Assembly (NCBI GenBank): GCA_031551125.1
Contig: JAVBOB010000001.1
Coordinates: 1 to 64,000 of the forward strand
Direction of reading: 5' to 3'
Length of the DNA stretch: 64,000 nt
Source: Bacteroidales bacterium
Lineage (GTDB): Bacteria; Bacteroidota; Bacteroidia; Bacteroidales; UBA932
Shown here: one piece after another, positions 17,564 through 27,857 of the stretch
Numbering within the stretch: the first letter of the stretch is position 1
Layout: the number at the start of each line of letters is the position of its first letter
The notes under the pieces: model-generated
What the model was told of the DNA's origin: nothing
The model's database searches: none
The model's input: only the letters and a program-made list of their open reading frames with translations
Position numbers and translations under genes: made by a program

Positions 17564-20098
17564 ATGAGAAAAATATTTTTCTTTATTCTTTTGCTTTCCT
17601 GCACATTTACGTTATGGGCAAAGCCCGATACCCTTCAGGTTAAGCAGTGGTCTGTAGCCGAGCCGGTACTAATACAAAAACCGATAATTACAGACACGGT
17701 AAATATTTTTGGCGGTAAGCCGGATAATAAGTTTTTGCTGAAAACACCCGTTTCCGAAGCTGCTTTTAAGCGCAATCAAACCACAGTAGGGGTTGATACC
17801 GCCGGATTTGTAAGTATATCGTCTGTTAAACGAGGAGCAAATACCATTTGCCTGTTTTCATTTGATATTGCTGCACAACGTTACTCAAAGGCAAAGCTGG
17901 TGCTAACCGGGCCTCATGCGCTTGAGGTATATGTGGATGGTAAAAAGGTAGCCGAAAAGCAAACGGTGCAAAAGTCTTTAAAGGAGGCGAAAACTGCCGA
18001 AGCCAGCCTAACGCTTATGCCGCAAACCTACAGCGTTGCCGTTAAGTATTTACTCCCTGCCGAAGATACGCTAGCTCCTATGTTGAAGGCTGTTGTTATA
18101 GCGGAAAAAGGCGCGGAACGTATAGCGTTTGGGACTCAGGCATCTAAAGGCCCTATGACCTTGGAAGGTGTTATGACTGGAGAGCGCACCACGGCTACAA
18201 GTGTATCTCCTGATGGTAAGTATGTGCTTTCATACTCGTTGGTAGGTATGGGTAAAAATAAGCAGCGTTCGGTTTGCAAGGTGTTTGATTATGCCAGCGG
18301 AAAGTTGGTGATGAATACAGACAACAGGGTTAGCTGGATGCCTAAGGGAAGCAAGCTTTACTACACCGTAGAAACGGAAAAAGGAAAGACATTAGTAAGC
18401 CGTGATGTATCGACCATGCAAGAAACAGAGTTGGTTAGCGCGTTACCTGATGGTGCTTTTCGTTGGAGCCCCGATGAGAGCTACCTGATTTTCTCAGCTA
18501 TTGATAAGTCGCCTGAAAATAAAACCGGAATAAACCATATCATTACTCCTGAGGATAGGATTAAGGGATGGAGAGACCGCAGCTTCTTGTATCGTTATGA
18601 TTTAAATACAGGAGTTATGCAGCCGCTTACCTTTGGGTATCGTGGTACGGCATTATCGGCTATCAGCCCCGATAGTAAGTCGATTATTTTTTCTTCATCG
18701 AAAGATGACTATACCGAACGTCCCTTCTCACTCAGCTCATTCTACATGCTGAACTTGGAAACGATGAGGGTTGATACGCTTTGGCAGGATATTAAGTTTG
18801 GTAGCGTGGCGTGCTTTTCGCCTGATGGCAAACAGCTGTTGCTGACCGGAGGTCCTGAAGCATTCAACGGTATAGGTAAAGACCCTAAGGTGGCGGGAAT
18901 TCCTAACAACTACGATGTGCAAGCATTTATCTATGATATTGCATCTAAACAGATAAAAGCTATCACGTTGAACTTTAACCCTTCAATTAAATCGGCTGTT
19001 TGGAATAAGGCTGATAACAACATTTACTTTACAACAGATGATGAAGACCGTGTAAGCTGCTACCGTTATGTAACAACGAAGGGTACGTTTGAGAAGTTGC
19101 CGCTTCCGGTTGATCAGGTTCAAAATTTTAGCATGGTTAATGATAACTTGGCTACAGCTTTTGTAGGACAAAGCATAATACATGTATCGCAGCTGTTTAA
19201 GTTCGATGCAAAGAGCGGAAAGTCAACAGTACTCTACGCTCCTGCAAACGAGTGGATGGATAAGTTAAGCCTAAGTACGGTGGAAGATTGGAGTTTCAAC
19301 AGCGTTGATGGAACGGCTATCAAAGGGTATTTCTTTAAACCGTATAACTTTGATCCGGCAAAAAAATATCCGCTTATTGTTTACTACTATGGTGGTACAA
19401 CGCCCGTTGGTCGTGCGTTTGAAGGTCGCTACCCCTTCCATATATATGCTTCCATGGGCTATGTGGTGTACGTACTACAACCCAGCGGAACCATTGGTTT
19501 TGGGCAACAGTTTTCTGCGCGGCACGTAAACGCATGGGGACAAAAAACGGCCGATGATATTATTGACGGAGTGAAGAAATTCTGTGATGCTCACAGCTAT
19601 GTTGACAGAACGAAGATTGGCTGTCTTGGCGCTTCATACGGCGGGTTTATGACAATGTACCTGCAAACACGTACGGATATTTTTGCAGCAGCAGTATCGC
19701 ATGCGGGGATTAGCGATGTTACCAGCTACTGGGGTGAAGGATACTGGGGCTACAGCTATAACTCGGTGGCTGCTGCCGATTCTTACCCGTGGAGCAATAA
19801 AGATTTATTTGTAGGGCAAAGTCCGCTTTTCTCAGCCGATAAGATTAAAACACCGATACTTTTGCTGCATGGTGCTGCCGATACCAACGTTCCTACCGGA
19901 GAAAGTATTCAGATGTTTAATGCGCTAAAGCTATTAGGCAAGCAGGTCGAATTGGTTACGTTTGACGGGCAAGACCACTTTATTATTGACGCTGATAAGC
20001 GCATACACTGGCAAAACAGCATTTTTGCATGGTTTGCGCGTTACCTGCAGGGCGATGATACTTGGTGGTATGACCTGTATCCCAAAAAGAACCTGTAA
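17564..20098 (+). CDS. S9-family serine peptidase (prolyl oligopeptidase/DPP-like) with an N-terminal beta-propeller region
   Basis: Signal peptide; catalytic nucleophile motif GCLGASYGGFM; downstream LLLHGAADTNVP and GQDHF (Asp/His) segments typical of S9 alpha/beta hydrolases. Confidence 0.8.
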   Translation: MRKIFFFILLLSCTFTLWAKPDTLQVKQWSVAEPVLIQKPIITDTVNIFGGKPDNKFLLKTPVSEAAFKRNQTTVGVDTAGFVSISSVKRGANTICLFSFDIAAQRYSKAKLVLTGPHALEVYVDGKKVAEKQTVQKSLKEAKTAEASLTLMPQTYSVAVKYLLPAEDTLAPMLKAVVIAEKGAERIAFGTQASKGPMTLEGVMTGERTTATSVSPDGKYVLSYSLVGMGKNKQRSVCKVFDYASGKLVMNTDNRVSWMPKGSKLYYTVETEKGKTLVSRDVSTMQETELVSALPDGAFRWSPDESYLIFSAIDKSPENKTGINHIITPEDRIKGWRDRSFLYRYDLNTGVMQPLTFGYRGTALSAISPDSKSIIFSSSKDDYTERPFSLSSFYMLNLETMRVDTLWQDIKFGSVACFSPDGKQLLLTGGPEAFNGIGKDPKVAGIPNNYDVQAFIYDIASKQIKAITLNFNPSIKSAVWNKADNNIYFTTDDEDRVSCYRYVTTKGTFEKLPLPVDQVQNFSMVNDNLATAFVGQSIIHVSQLFKFDAKSGKSTVLYAPANEWMDKLSLSTVEDWSFNSVDGTAIKGYFFKPYNFDPAKKYPLIVYYYGGTTPVGRAFEGRYPFHIYASMGYVVYVLQPSGTIGFGQQFSARHVNAWGQKTADDIIDGVKKFCDAHSYVDRTKIGCLGASYGGFMTMYLQTRTDIFAAAVSHAGISDVTSYWGEGYWGYSYNSVAAADSYPWSNKDLFVGQSPLFSADKIKTPILLLHGAADTNVPTGESIQMFNALKLLGKQVELVTFDGQDHFIIDADKRIHWQNSIFAWFARYLQGDDTWWYDLYPKKNL

Positions 20099-20194
20099 AT
20101 ACGCAGTATAATAGGCACTTGTCTATAGTTGTCAAATGCCGCATAATATTTATATATTTGTAGGATAAACAGTGGTTAACTTTAATTTTTAGAT

Positions 20195-20770
20195 ATGGAA
20201 ACTTGGTGGGTTTCGTTGGATATGTTCGAAAAAATAATGTGGTGTATTGCCATTCCTGCCAGCATTATTTTTGTCATTCAAATGGTGATGACATTCTTGG
20301 GAATGGATGCTGACGGTAGTATGGATGGCGATGTAAATATGGATGTTGGCAGCGATACGGAAATGCCCTTCCAGCTATTTACCTTCCGCAACCTGATAAA
20401 CTTCTTTCTCGGCTTCTCATGGACGGGTATATCGTTCTATAATGCTATCGAAAGCAAGTTCTGGCTAACGCTGCTTTCCGGTTTCATGGGCTTTTTGCTG
20501 GTTGCTATTGTAATGGCTATTTTTTATGCGCTCAGCCGCACACAGCAAAGTGGCAATATTGATATTCGGAGTGCGGTTGGTCTTACAGCAACGGTTTACT
20601 ATCCTATACCCGAGGCTTGCACGCGTGCCGGGAAAATACAGGTTAGCATTCAGGGTGCAGTGCGAGAGTACGATGCTATGACCAAAGGCGCAGCCATACC
20701 TACGGGTCGTTTGGTACGTATTTTAGGGGTTGTTGAAGGAAATATTTTAATGGTAGAAGAAGTGATATAA
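20195..20770 (+). CDS. NfeD-family membrane protein (flotillin-associated, OB-fold C-terminus)
   Basis: N-terminal TM helices; C-terminal OB-like segment GKIQVSIQGAVREYDAMTKGAAIPTGRLVRILGVVEGNILMVEEV; immediately upstream of a flotillin gene. A TAnnTTTG-like promoter motif (TATATTTG) lies at 20153..20160. Confidence 0.65.
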   Translation: METWWVSLDMFEKIMWCIAIPASIIFVIQMVMTFLGMDADGSMDGDVNMDVGSDTEMPFQLFTFRNLINFFLGFSWTGISFYNAIESKFWLTLLSGFMGFLLVAIVMAIFYALSRTQQSGNIDIRSAVGLTATVYYPIPEACTRAGKIQVSIQGAVREYDAMTKGAAIPTGRLVRILGVVEGNILMVEEVI

Positions 20771-20882
20771 AGAAGGATAAAAGAACATAGATAAAAAGAC
20801 AACAGAAACGTTGGTCTTTGTTCTTATAGTCTTTCATCCTTGTTCTACCGGCATTGATTAATAACTAAAACAATACATAAAA

Positions 20883-22319
20883 ATGAACGAAGTAAGTTTA
20901 ATTGTAGTATTTGCGGTAGTGATATTTGTGAGCTTTGCCGCTATCCTGTCGCGCTATAAGCGTTGTCCATCCGACCGTATATTGGTGGTGTACGGTAAAA
21001 CCGGAAAGAATAAGGACGGCGGAGCAAACTCTGCAAAATGTATTCATGGAGGAGCCGCTTTTATTTGGCCTGTATTTCAGAGCTACTCATTCCTTGATTT
21101 GACACCTATTCCCATAGAGTGTAACCTTACCAATGCGTTGAGTAAGCAAAACATTCGTGTTGACGTGCCTTGTCGTTTTACGGTAGGTATATCAACAGAT
21201 ATGGAAAATATGACCAACGCGGCAGAGCGTTTGCTGGGACTATCGTTGGAGAATATCCAAGACCTTGCAAAAGATATTCTTTTCGGTCAGCTTCGTTTGG
21301 TTATTGCCACAATGGATATTGAGGAAATTAACTCTGACCGTGATAAATTTCTTATCAACGTAAGTCAGAACGTGGAATTGGAGCTTCGTAAAATCGGGTT
21401 AAAGCTCATCAACGTAAACGTTACCGATATTCGTGACGAGTCAGGTTATATTGAAGCGTTGGGTAAGGAAGCCGCCGCAAAAGCTATCAACGAGGCAAAG
21501 AAGAGCGTTGCCGAGCAAAACCGCTTTGGTGAAATTGGTAAGGCTGAAGCCGATAGGGATAAGGACATTCGTATTGCCGAAACGCAACGAGATACCCGCG
21601 TTCGTACTGCCGATGCTAATGCAACTGCCGTACAGGGTGAAAACGTTGCTAAGGTAGCCATCGCAAACTCAGATGCCGAACGCCGTGAACGTGAGGCTGA
21701 AGCCGGCCGCCGTGCTATTGCTGCCGAAAAGGTACAAAGTGCTAAGGCATTAGAAGAAGCATACGCTGCCGAGCGTGCTGCCGAACTGGTACGTGCCGAA
21801 CGTGAGCGTGCGGCGCAGAAGGCAAACATTGTGGTACCTGCCGAAATTGATAAGGAAAAGGTAATTATTGAGGCTGAAGCAGAGGCTGAAACTTTCCGTC
21901 GTAAGGCTAGGGGAGAGGCTGATGCCATATTTGCTAAAATGGAAGCACAGGCAAAGGGTATCAACGAAATTCTTACCAAACAGGCCGACGGTTTCGGTAA
22001 GATTGTAGAAGCCGCTAATAACGATGCTCAGAAAGCCGTATTGCTAATGATTTCTGATAAGCTGCCCGAATTGGTTAAAACGCAGGTTGAGGCCATTAAG
22101 AACCTTAAGATTGATAAGATTACCGTTTGGGACGGACAAAATAGCGCAAACGGTAAAACATCTACCGCTAATTTTGTTTCCGGTTTAATGCAGTCGGTTC
22201 CACCGTTAAACGATTTGTTTAACATGGCAGGTATGCAGCTACCCAGCTACCTTGGTGGTGAGAAGAAAGAAGCTACCGATGTTGAGGATGTTAAGGTAGT
22301 GGAAGACGATAAGAAGTAG
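20883..22319 (+). CDS. flotillin / SPFH (band 7) domain protein
   Basis: N-terminal TM; SPFH region; long Ala/Glu/Arg-rich coiled-coil region typical of flotillin. Confidence 0.8.
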   Translation: MNEVSLIVVFAVVIFVSFAAILSRYKRCPSDRILVVYGKTGKNKDGGANSAKCIHGGAAFIWPVFQSYSFLDLTPIPIECNLTNALSKQNIRVDVPCRFTVGISTDMENMTNAAERLLGLSLENIQDLAKDILFGQLRLVIATMDIEEINSDRDKFLINVSQNVELELRKIGLKLINVNVTDIRDESGYIEALGKEAAAKAINEAKKSVAEQNRFGEIGKAEADRDKDIRIAETQRDTRVRTADANATAVQGENVAKVAIANSDAERREREAEAGRRAIAAEKVQSAKALEEAYAAERAAELVRAERERAAQKANIVVPAEIDKEKVIIEAEAEAETFRRKARGEADAIFAKMEAQAKGINEILTKQADGFGKIVEAANNDAQKAVLLMISDKLPELVKTQVEAIKNLKIDKITVWDGQNSANGKTSTANFVSGLMQSVPPLNDLFNMAGMQLPSYLGGEKKEATDVEDVKVVEDDKK

Positions 22320-22349
22320 CAATGAATAAATATCTCACATAGCTATAAA

Positions 22350-22389
22350 GTGAACAGCCAATCTGAATAAGATTGGCTGTTCACTTTTG
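22350..22389. terminator. Bidirectional terminator between convergent genes
   Basis: GTGAACAGCCAATC-tgaataa-GATTGGCTGTTCAC followed by TTTTG. Confidence 0.7.
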
Positions 22390-22486
22390 CAGCAGTTCAA
22401 AAACGATACCTAACAGGTTTTCAAGATCTGTTAAGGCTAAAGTTATCTTATAAAAACAGCAAAATAGGTCTGTATTAAGCGATATT

Positions 22487-23737
22487 TTACCTATTTACCG
22501 TAAATTCTACCAGCTCAATGCGGTTGGTGGATGTACGGATAATACGAATGGTAAATCCGTCGAACGTTAGGATTTGCTTTGGCTTAGGCAGCTCCTCGTT
22601 TCTGTAAATAATGTAACCGGCAAGCGTTTCGTAGTCATCAGATTCAGGAATGTCGAAATGGTATTTTTCATTCAGGTAATCAACCTCGAGCCGTGCAGAG
22701 AAAATGTAGGTTTCGCCAGATATTCTACGCTCAACCAACATGTCAGAATCGTGCTCGTCGTCAATATCGCCTATAATTTCCTCCATAATATCCTCAATAG
22801 TCAGCAAGCCGGATGTCCCGCCAAACTCATCAACCACAACAGCAATAGATTTATGCTCTTTGATGAATAGGGTTTGTAGCTTTTGCGCAGGCATATTTTC
22901 CGGAACAAAACCTATCGGACGTATTAGCTCACGAATATTTTTTTCTTTCTGAAAAAGGTCTTTCGTATGTATGTACCCAAGAATATTATCAATAGAATCG
23001 TTATACACCAAGATACGGGATAAGCCTGAACTGACAAAATGTTCAATAAGCTCAACCTTATCACTATCAACATCAATCGCATTTATTTCTGTTCTAGGAA
23101 TCATACATTCCTTTACACGAACTTCTCCAAACTCAAGCGCATTGCGAAACAGCTCCATTTCCTGCTTATGGTCTTCGGCCTCATCGGTTTCGTTTTCAGC
23201 TAAATCATCAGCCATTCGAAGCAAATCATGTTTTTCAAAAGGAGAAGTTGTGCCGTTTTTGCCCTTTATTCTTGTGTTGGTTAACCGGCTCAACGGCCAC
23301 GTGATAGGGTAAAGTAGTATGTAAAATATGGCGAATGGGAACGACAGTATTCGTAAGTACTTATTGGGGTTTGTGCGAGTTATGGCTTTAGGAATAACAT
23401 CTGCCGTAAAGAGTAAGATGAGTGCAATCAGAATACTTTCAGCTACCAGTATAATGGCAATGGAATCGGTAAGCTTAGACAGTAAGGAGTGAAAAAGTTG
23501 AGCTACAAGCAGGCTGTATGTAACCAGCGTGATAATACTTCCTGTTAAAGTAGTCGCAATTAGCTGCCCCGGATGCTTGGTAAGCAATGTTATAATTTTT
23601 GAATGAAGCCCGTGTTGTTGCTTATCTATCTCAAGACGCAGCTTATTGGAGGCAATAAATGCCATTTCCATTCCTGAGAATAATGCGTACAGCAGCAGTG
23701 TACCAATGGCAATGCAAGCAACTTGTATGGTATCCAT
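22487..23737 (-). CDS. CNNM/CorC-HlyC family protein (DUF21 TM + CBS pair + CorC_HlyC); GldE/TlyC-like
   Basis: N-terminal 4-TM DUF21-like region, a CBS pair region, and a C-terminal CorC/HlyC transporter-associated domain. Naming it gldE is not justified from sequence alone. Confidence 0.65.
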   Translation of the reverse strand: MDTIQVACIAIGTLLLYALFSGMEMAFIASNKLRLEIDKQQHGLHSKIITLLTKHPGQLIATTLTGSIITLVTYSLLVAQLFHSLLSKLTDSIAIILVAESILIALILLFTADVIPKAITRTNPNKYLRILSFPFAIFYILLYPITWPLSRLTNTRIKGKNGTTSPFEKHDLLRMADDLAENETDEAEDHKQEMELFRNALEFGEVRVKECMIPRTEINAIDVDSDKVELIEHFVSSGLSRILVYNDSIDNILGYIHTKDLFQKEKNIRELIRPIGFVPENMPAQKLQTLFIKEHKSIAVVVDEFGGTSGLLTIEDIMEEIIGDIDDEHDSDMLVERRISGETYIFSARLEVDYLNEKYHFDIPESDDYETLAGYIIYRNEELPKPKQILTFDGFTIRIIRTSTNRIELVEFTVNR

Positions 23738-23739
23738 CT

Positions 23740-24342
23740 CTATGGTATGCTATCTTTTTTACCAAACTTATCTGACTTGTAAAACAGCTCGCTGTTGCGT
23801 ATTTCGTAAAATTCATAGTTTCTAAACCTGTCGTCGGAGCGCATACCACCTTGGGGGTTTAGTGTCATATCCGGAGTGATAATTCTTACCGGGCGATGGG
23901 TATATAACTCTTTCTTTTCAATGTCCCAAAAAATGGTATCGGTAAGCAGCCACTGGTTTTTTATCAGATTGTGTACTATAACGCTGTCTGTTGCCATCCA
24001 TATCTCAGTGGGTTTTTGGTGTTGAATGGCATATTTTGCAAATATGGTAGTTTCGAGCAATGTTGAGTCGTTGTATGTTTCAATGTACCCTCCGCGAGGA
24101 AACTCGTTGTAGGGGCGCTCTTGATTGGTAGTAAAACTTCGTACTTGTGCTGTTCTGATTATGTAACGTACTTTATTGTTAGAAGAGTAGGTCATTGTCA
24201 GGCCATTTACGCTTTGGTCAGGAACATCTGTTCCAATGCCTACGTTATGGGGCACATCTTCCTTACAGGAAAAAAGCATAGTAGCGCTTACCAGAAGCGC
24301 TACTATACATTTGCCATATTGTGTGATTTGCCTAAAGTTCAC
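23740..24342 (-). CDS. lipoprotein, possibly LptC-like (OstA-N fold)
   Basis: Lipobox-like LLVSATMLFSC; beta-rich pattern reminiscent of LptC. Tentative. Confidence 0.35.
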   Translation of the reverse strand: MNFRQITQYGKCIVALLVSATMLFSCKEDVPHNVGIGTDVPDQSVNGLTMTYSSNNKVRYIIRTAQVRSFTTNQERPYNEFPRGGYIETYNDSTLLETTIFAKYAIQHQKPTEIWMATDSVIVHNLIKNQWLLTDTIFWDIEKKELYTHRPVRIITPDMTLNPQGGMRSDDRFRNYEFYEIRNSELFYKSDKFGKKDSIP

Positions 24343-24347
24343 CTCTT

Positions 24348-25703
24348 TTATCTACGACCTCTTATGGTTGTACGTTCGTTAATGATACCGCAGTTTACAG
24401 TATATCCGTCACCTTCTTTCAACCCATTCATAAAGATATCTTCTTTAGTAGGAAAGTATGCGCTGTACTGGTTGATTGACTTATTAACCTCATCGGTCAA
24501 AGACGGATCTTGTTGTTTTGCTCTGCTCAGCACATCAACAACTACCCAAAATACAGCCTTGCTATCTATTTCTCCACAATTTTTTGCTCCGGTAACAGCA
24601 TATTTTGCGTAAACGGTACCAATAATAACGGTTGCGCTACCGTTGTTGGGGTTATGGCTAGCAGCTTGTTTTGCATAGCTGAGCGCTTGCGTTGAGTTGT
24701 TCAGCTGGTTAAGGTACAGTGTAGCTAGCTGTGTTTCAAGCGTTGACTTTTCAATAGGGTCTGTTGCAAAGCCAATAGCATGTTTCATGTATTCGGCAGC
24801 CTTTGCATATTCTTCCTTCAGGATAAACAGGCTGGCTAGCGCCATCGCTGTTTCGGCAGTAGGTTGAGCAGCGTACAAAGCCTCGGCAGCATCGCTGAAC
24901 AGAGGTGTATCTACGCATTTACGTGCTTGCAGCGTATGAACAATCTTACCAAGCAGGTCAATGTCTTTCGGATTAGCTTGGAATTTAGGCGTAAAGAATG
25001 CTACTAAATTGTCGCAAGAGGCAAGCTCTTCAATGGTAATAAACATCCCTTCAATGTTAGCTCTTGCGTCTTCCAACTCTTTATTGCCCGGAGTTTTCTT
25101 TATTAACCCCTCTACTAAACCAAAATATTTTTCGTAAGCAGCCATTACATCATCGGCGCTTTTTACTTTCTTTTCATACATCAGCTTAACTTGTTGAAAA
25201 GCCTGTACAGTCATGCTGGCATCAAAATCGGCATCATCTTTCTTTAAGTTGATGTAGTTATCGATTTCTTTCAAAATCTGCTCATTTCGTTCCGGTGTGA
25301 ACTCAATTAATTTCAATGCTTTCCGGTATGCAACCTGGTCAGAGGACATTACGTTCTTACCCGTAGAGAAGTTTTCGCCCCAAAGATCGTAGCACATCAT
25401 CAACGTATCAACGTATTTCGCTTTAGCTTCTGGAGTTTTTGCAATATTAATTTGATTGATTATGGCTTCAGAACCATAAACATATAGGTTATATGACAGA
25501 GCGGGACATATCTTTACCAGCTCACGCCAGTAGGTCATACACTCATTCAGTTCTCCGCTTGAATATGCTGTTCTTATGAAGCTGTAGTACTTCTTACACT
25601 CATCCGGATTACTTCCATACTTTGGATCTTGAGCAGATGCATTAGTCACAGCCATCAACGCAAGGCTAGCTGCCACTAAGATCGGTTTAAAATACGTTTT
25701 CAT
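24348..25703 (-). CDS. secreted TPR-like repeat protein (451 aa)
   Basis: Signal peptide MKTYFKPILVAASLALMAVTNASAQ; helical repeat composition. Confidence 0.5.
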   Translation of the reverse strand: MKTYFKPILVAASLALMAVTNASAQDPKYGSNPDECKKYYSFIRTAYSSGELNECMTYWRELVKICPALSYNLYVYGSEAIINQINIAKTPEAKAKYVDTLMMCYDLWGENFSTGKNVMSSDQVAYRKALKLIEFTPERNEQILKEIDNYINLKKDDADFDASMTVQAFQQVKLMYEKKVKSADDVMAAYEKYFGLVEGLIKKTPGNKELEDARANIEGMFITIEELASCDNLVAFFTPKFQANPKDIDLLGKIVHTLQARKCVDTPLFSDAAEALYAAQPTAETAMALASLFILKEEYAKAAEYMKHAIGFATDPIEKSTLETQLATLYLNQLNNSTQALSYAKQAASHNPNNGSATVIIGTVYAKYAVTGAKNCGEIDSKAVFWVVVDVLSRAKQQDPSLTDEVNKSINQYSAYFPTKEDIFMNGLKEGDGYTVNCGIINERTTIRGRR

Positions 25704-25726
25704 TGTCTTGGTTTTTATAAGGTTCT

Positions 25727-27040
25727 TTAATCATACTTCCATTTCAGAAACCACTCTTCAAAAATACTGGCACTAATTGTAAATCCTACGTAGTTTTCTT
25801 TTACAAGCCCATTGTTTGTTGTTCCTCGTTGTCCAATTGCTATAGCGGCATTAAATCTAGTTCCCCATCTTCCGGAATATAATCTCTTTACTGGAATACC
25901 TACTCCAAAAGTTATGCCATAATCTTTAATCCGTTCTCCGTTGCATATCATGTAGCTGTTGGTAAAGTATGCTCCGGCGCGATAATTCCAGCGTTTCCAC
26001 TTATGTTTTATTTCAAAAATGTTGGGAACAAAATCAACCCCGATTTTAACAGTTTGATTTACATCGGCCTTGAAGCTGAGCTGCCCCGGTGAGCTGTCTA
26101 TATTAAAATCACTCCAATCCTGATATATGTAATCAGCACCAATAGTCAGCTTATTAGTTTTAGTGATAGTAAAGCCAACACCAATTTCCATAGGAGCAAA
26201 AATATTTCTCATACTTTGGCTTCCAAATGAAACTGTATCGGTTGCTATTGAAGTGCTAACCCCTGTAAATATGTCTTGGCTGGGCGCAAAGTCGGTTTGG
26301 GGGCGGAATGTTCCACCAATTACCAGTCCGAGATTATCTTTTAGCTTACTGCGGTATTGAGCACCTACTGAGTAACCCACTTTTCCAACCCGCATGGTAT
26401 TGCTGCCCTGAACACCGGAGTAGTATGGGTTGGAGTTGAATACTACGTTGTAAAATCGGTCTATTGAGCCAAAGTAGTAAAGCAGGTTTGCTCCAACCGA
26501 GAAGTTTTTATTCAGCTGCAACCCGCTGCCTACAAACACTTGGTTTAAACCACCTTCGCCCTTGAACTGGTACGAAACATCACCCACTTGATAAATAATG
26601 TTGGGGTCTGTTTCCTTATACATAATGTCATATCCCACATCGCTATATGGGGTTATTCCGGCACTAATACCAAGACCTTTTGCTGCACGAAAGCTTATGG
26701 CTATGTGGTCAAGGTTGAAGTTATTGGCGCTGGTTTTAGCAGTGCTGGTTTTGGCGTAGGTATTTTTTTGGCGTACACCAAAATCAAATAAGAACGACAA
26801 ATTACCCAACGTACTTAGCGAAGATGGATTATAGTAGTTAATAGAAAATGGATCGGCAACACCAATGGTGATACCACCCATTCCCTTATTAGCGCCAAAA
26901 CCCGGTTGGTAAAGGTCGCCGATACCGTATAGGGTGTATGGCGAGTAGGTGTTTATTGAGTTATCATTCTGTCCTGCGGCATTAAGCACACAAAGTAGAA
27001 GTATGGGAATAAGTATAGCTGATCTAAACTTTTGTAGCAT
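25727..27040 (-). CDS. putative outer-membrane beta-barrel protein (437 aa)
   Basis: Signal peptide; alternating aromatic/Gly-rich amphipathic beta-strand pattern; the C-terminus overlaps the coaX start by about 17 nt. Confidence 0.45.
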   Translation of the reverse strand: MLQKFRSAILIPILLLCVLNAAGQNDNSINTYSPYTLYGIGDLYQPGFGANKGMGGITIGVADPFSINYYNPSSLSTLGNLSFLFDFGVRQKNTYAKTSTAKTSANNFNLDHIAISFRAAKGLGISAGITPYSDVGYDIMYKETDPNIIYQVGDVSYQFKGEGGLNQVFVGSGLQLNKNFSVGANLLYYFGSIDRFYNVVFNSNPYYSGVQGSNTMRVGKVGYSVGAQYRSKLKDNLGLVIGGTFRPQTDFAPSQDIFTGVSTSIATDTVSFGSQSMRNIFAPMEIGVGFTITKTNKLTIGADYIYQDWSDFNIDSSPGQLSFKADVNQTVKIGVDFVPNIFEIKHKWKRWNYRAGAYFTNSYMICNGERIKDYGITFGVGIPVKRLYSGRWGTRFNAAIAIGQRGTTNNGLVKENYVGFTISASIFEEWFLKWKYD

Positions 27041-27755
27041 TATATTCTAGTATTGTATGGAGGCCTGTCATCGCTAAATTGCGAATTACAAAGATGGGGT
27101 ATTTTATGGTTCTAGCAAAAAATTTTGCATCACCTCCTGTGAAAATTACGGTTCCTTCGGCATTCCTGCTTAGAAAATCGCTAATGTAGCCGGATATTTC
27201 ATAGCGAATGCCATTCTGAACCCCGGCCTGTATTGCCTCGGAAGTGCTGCGTCCCATGAACGGAGCGTTCTCCTGCGGCTGTTCCAGCGGGAGCTTGTGC
27301 GTTAATTCATGTAATGCTCTAAACCTTAGGTTTAAACCGGGTGAAATATTTCCACCGAGAAACTCTTTTTGGGGAGTAACGTAGTCAACCGTTATAGCCG
27401 TACCCATATCCACTATTAACAACTCTTTATCAGGAAAAAGGGCATTTGCGCCAACGGCAGTAGCTAGGCGGTCTGGGCCTATGGTATTGGGTGTTTTGTA
27501 TTGTACATTTATCGGAATATCAGCATGTTGATCTAGAAGAAGTGTTGGCACTCGCCGGTTGAGGTAGCTGATAATCTTATCATCAGCTTTGCGAACAGAT
27601 GATACTATTGCCCGCTTTATATTGGGAAAATGACGAAAAATGTCGTCCAGCTGTTCAATGGTAAGCTCTTTTGAGGAGGTAGTGAGCACTTCTTCCCCAT
27701 CTTTTGTAACGAAGGCTTTTACCATCGTATTGCCTATGTCAACTATTAAGTTCAT
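27024..27755 (-). CDS. coaX: type III pantothenate kinase
   Basis: MNLIVDIGNTMVKAF... with ...DMGTAITVDYV... matches the CoaX acetate/sugar kinase fold motifs. I place the start at the internal ATG (27755) rather than the ORF-track 27794. Confidence 0.75.
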   Translation of the reverse strand: MNLIVDIGNTMVKAFVTKDGEEVLTTSSKELTIEQLDDIFRHFPNIKRAIVSSVRKADDKIISYLNRRVPTLLLDQHADIPINVQYKTPNTIGPDRLATAVGANALFPDKELLIVDMGTAITVDYVTPQKEFLGGNISPGLNLRFRALHELTHKLPLEQPQENAPFMGRSTSEAIQAGVQNGIRYEISGYISDFLSRNAEGTVIFTGGDAKFFARTIKYPIFVIRNLAMTGLHTILEYNATKV

Positions 27756-27857
27756 TTTACAAAGGTAAAAATCGTTAATGTGCAGCACTCTCAACGTGTG
27801 TTAAGAAATCTTATTTTTGGGGAACAAAATACCCATTTCTTAAACCCCTTTACTACA

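Noticed and set aside
22487-24342. Naming the CorC/HlyC-family gene and adjacent lipoprotein as gliding-motility gldE/gldD
   Set aside because: The gene order (lipoprotein upstream of the CNNM gene) is opposite to the described gldE-gldD arrangement, and the lipoprotein looks more LptC-like. Family-level calls only.
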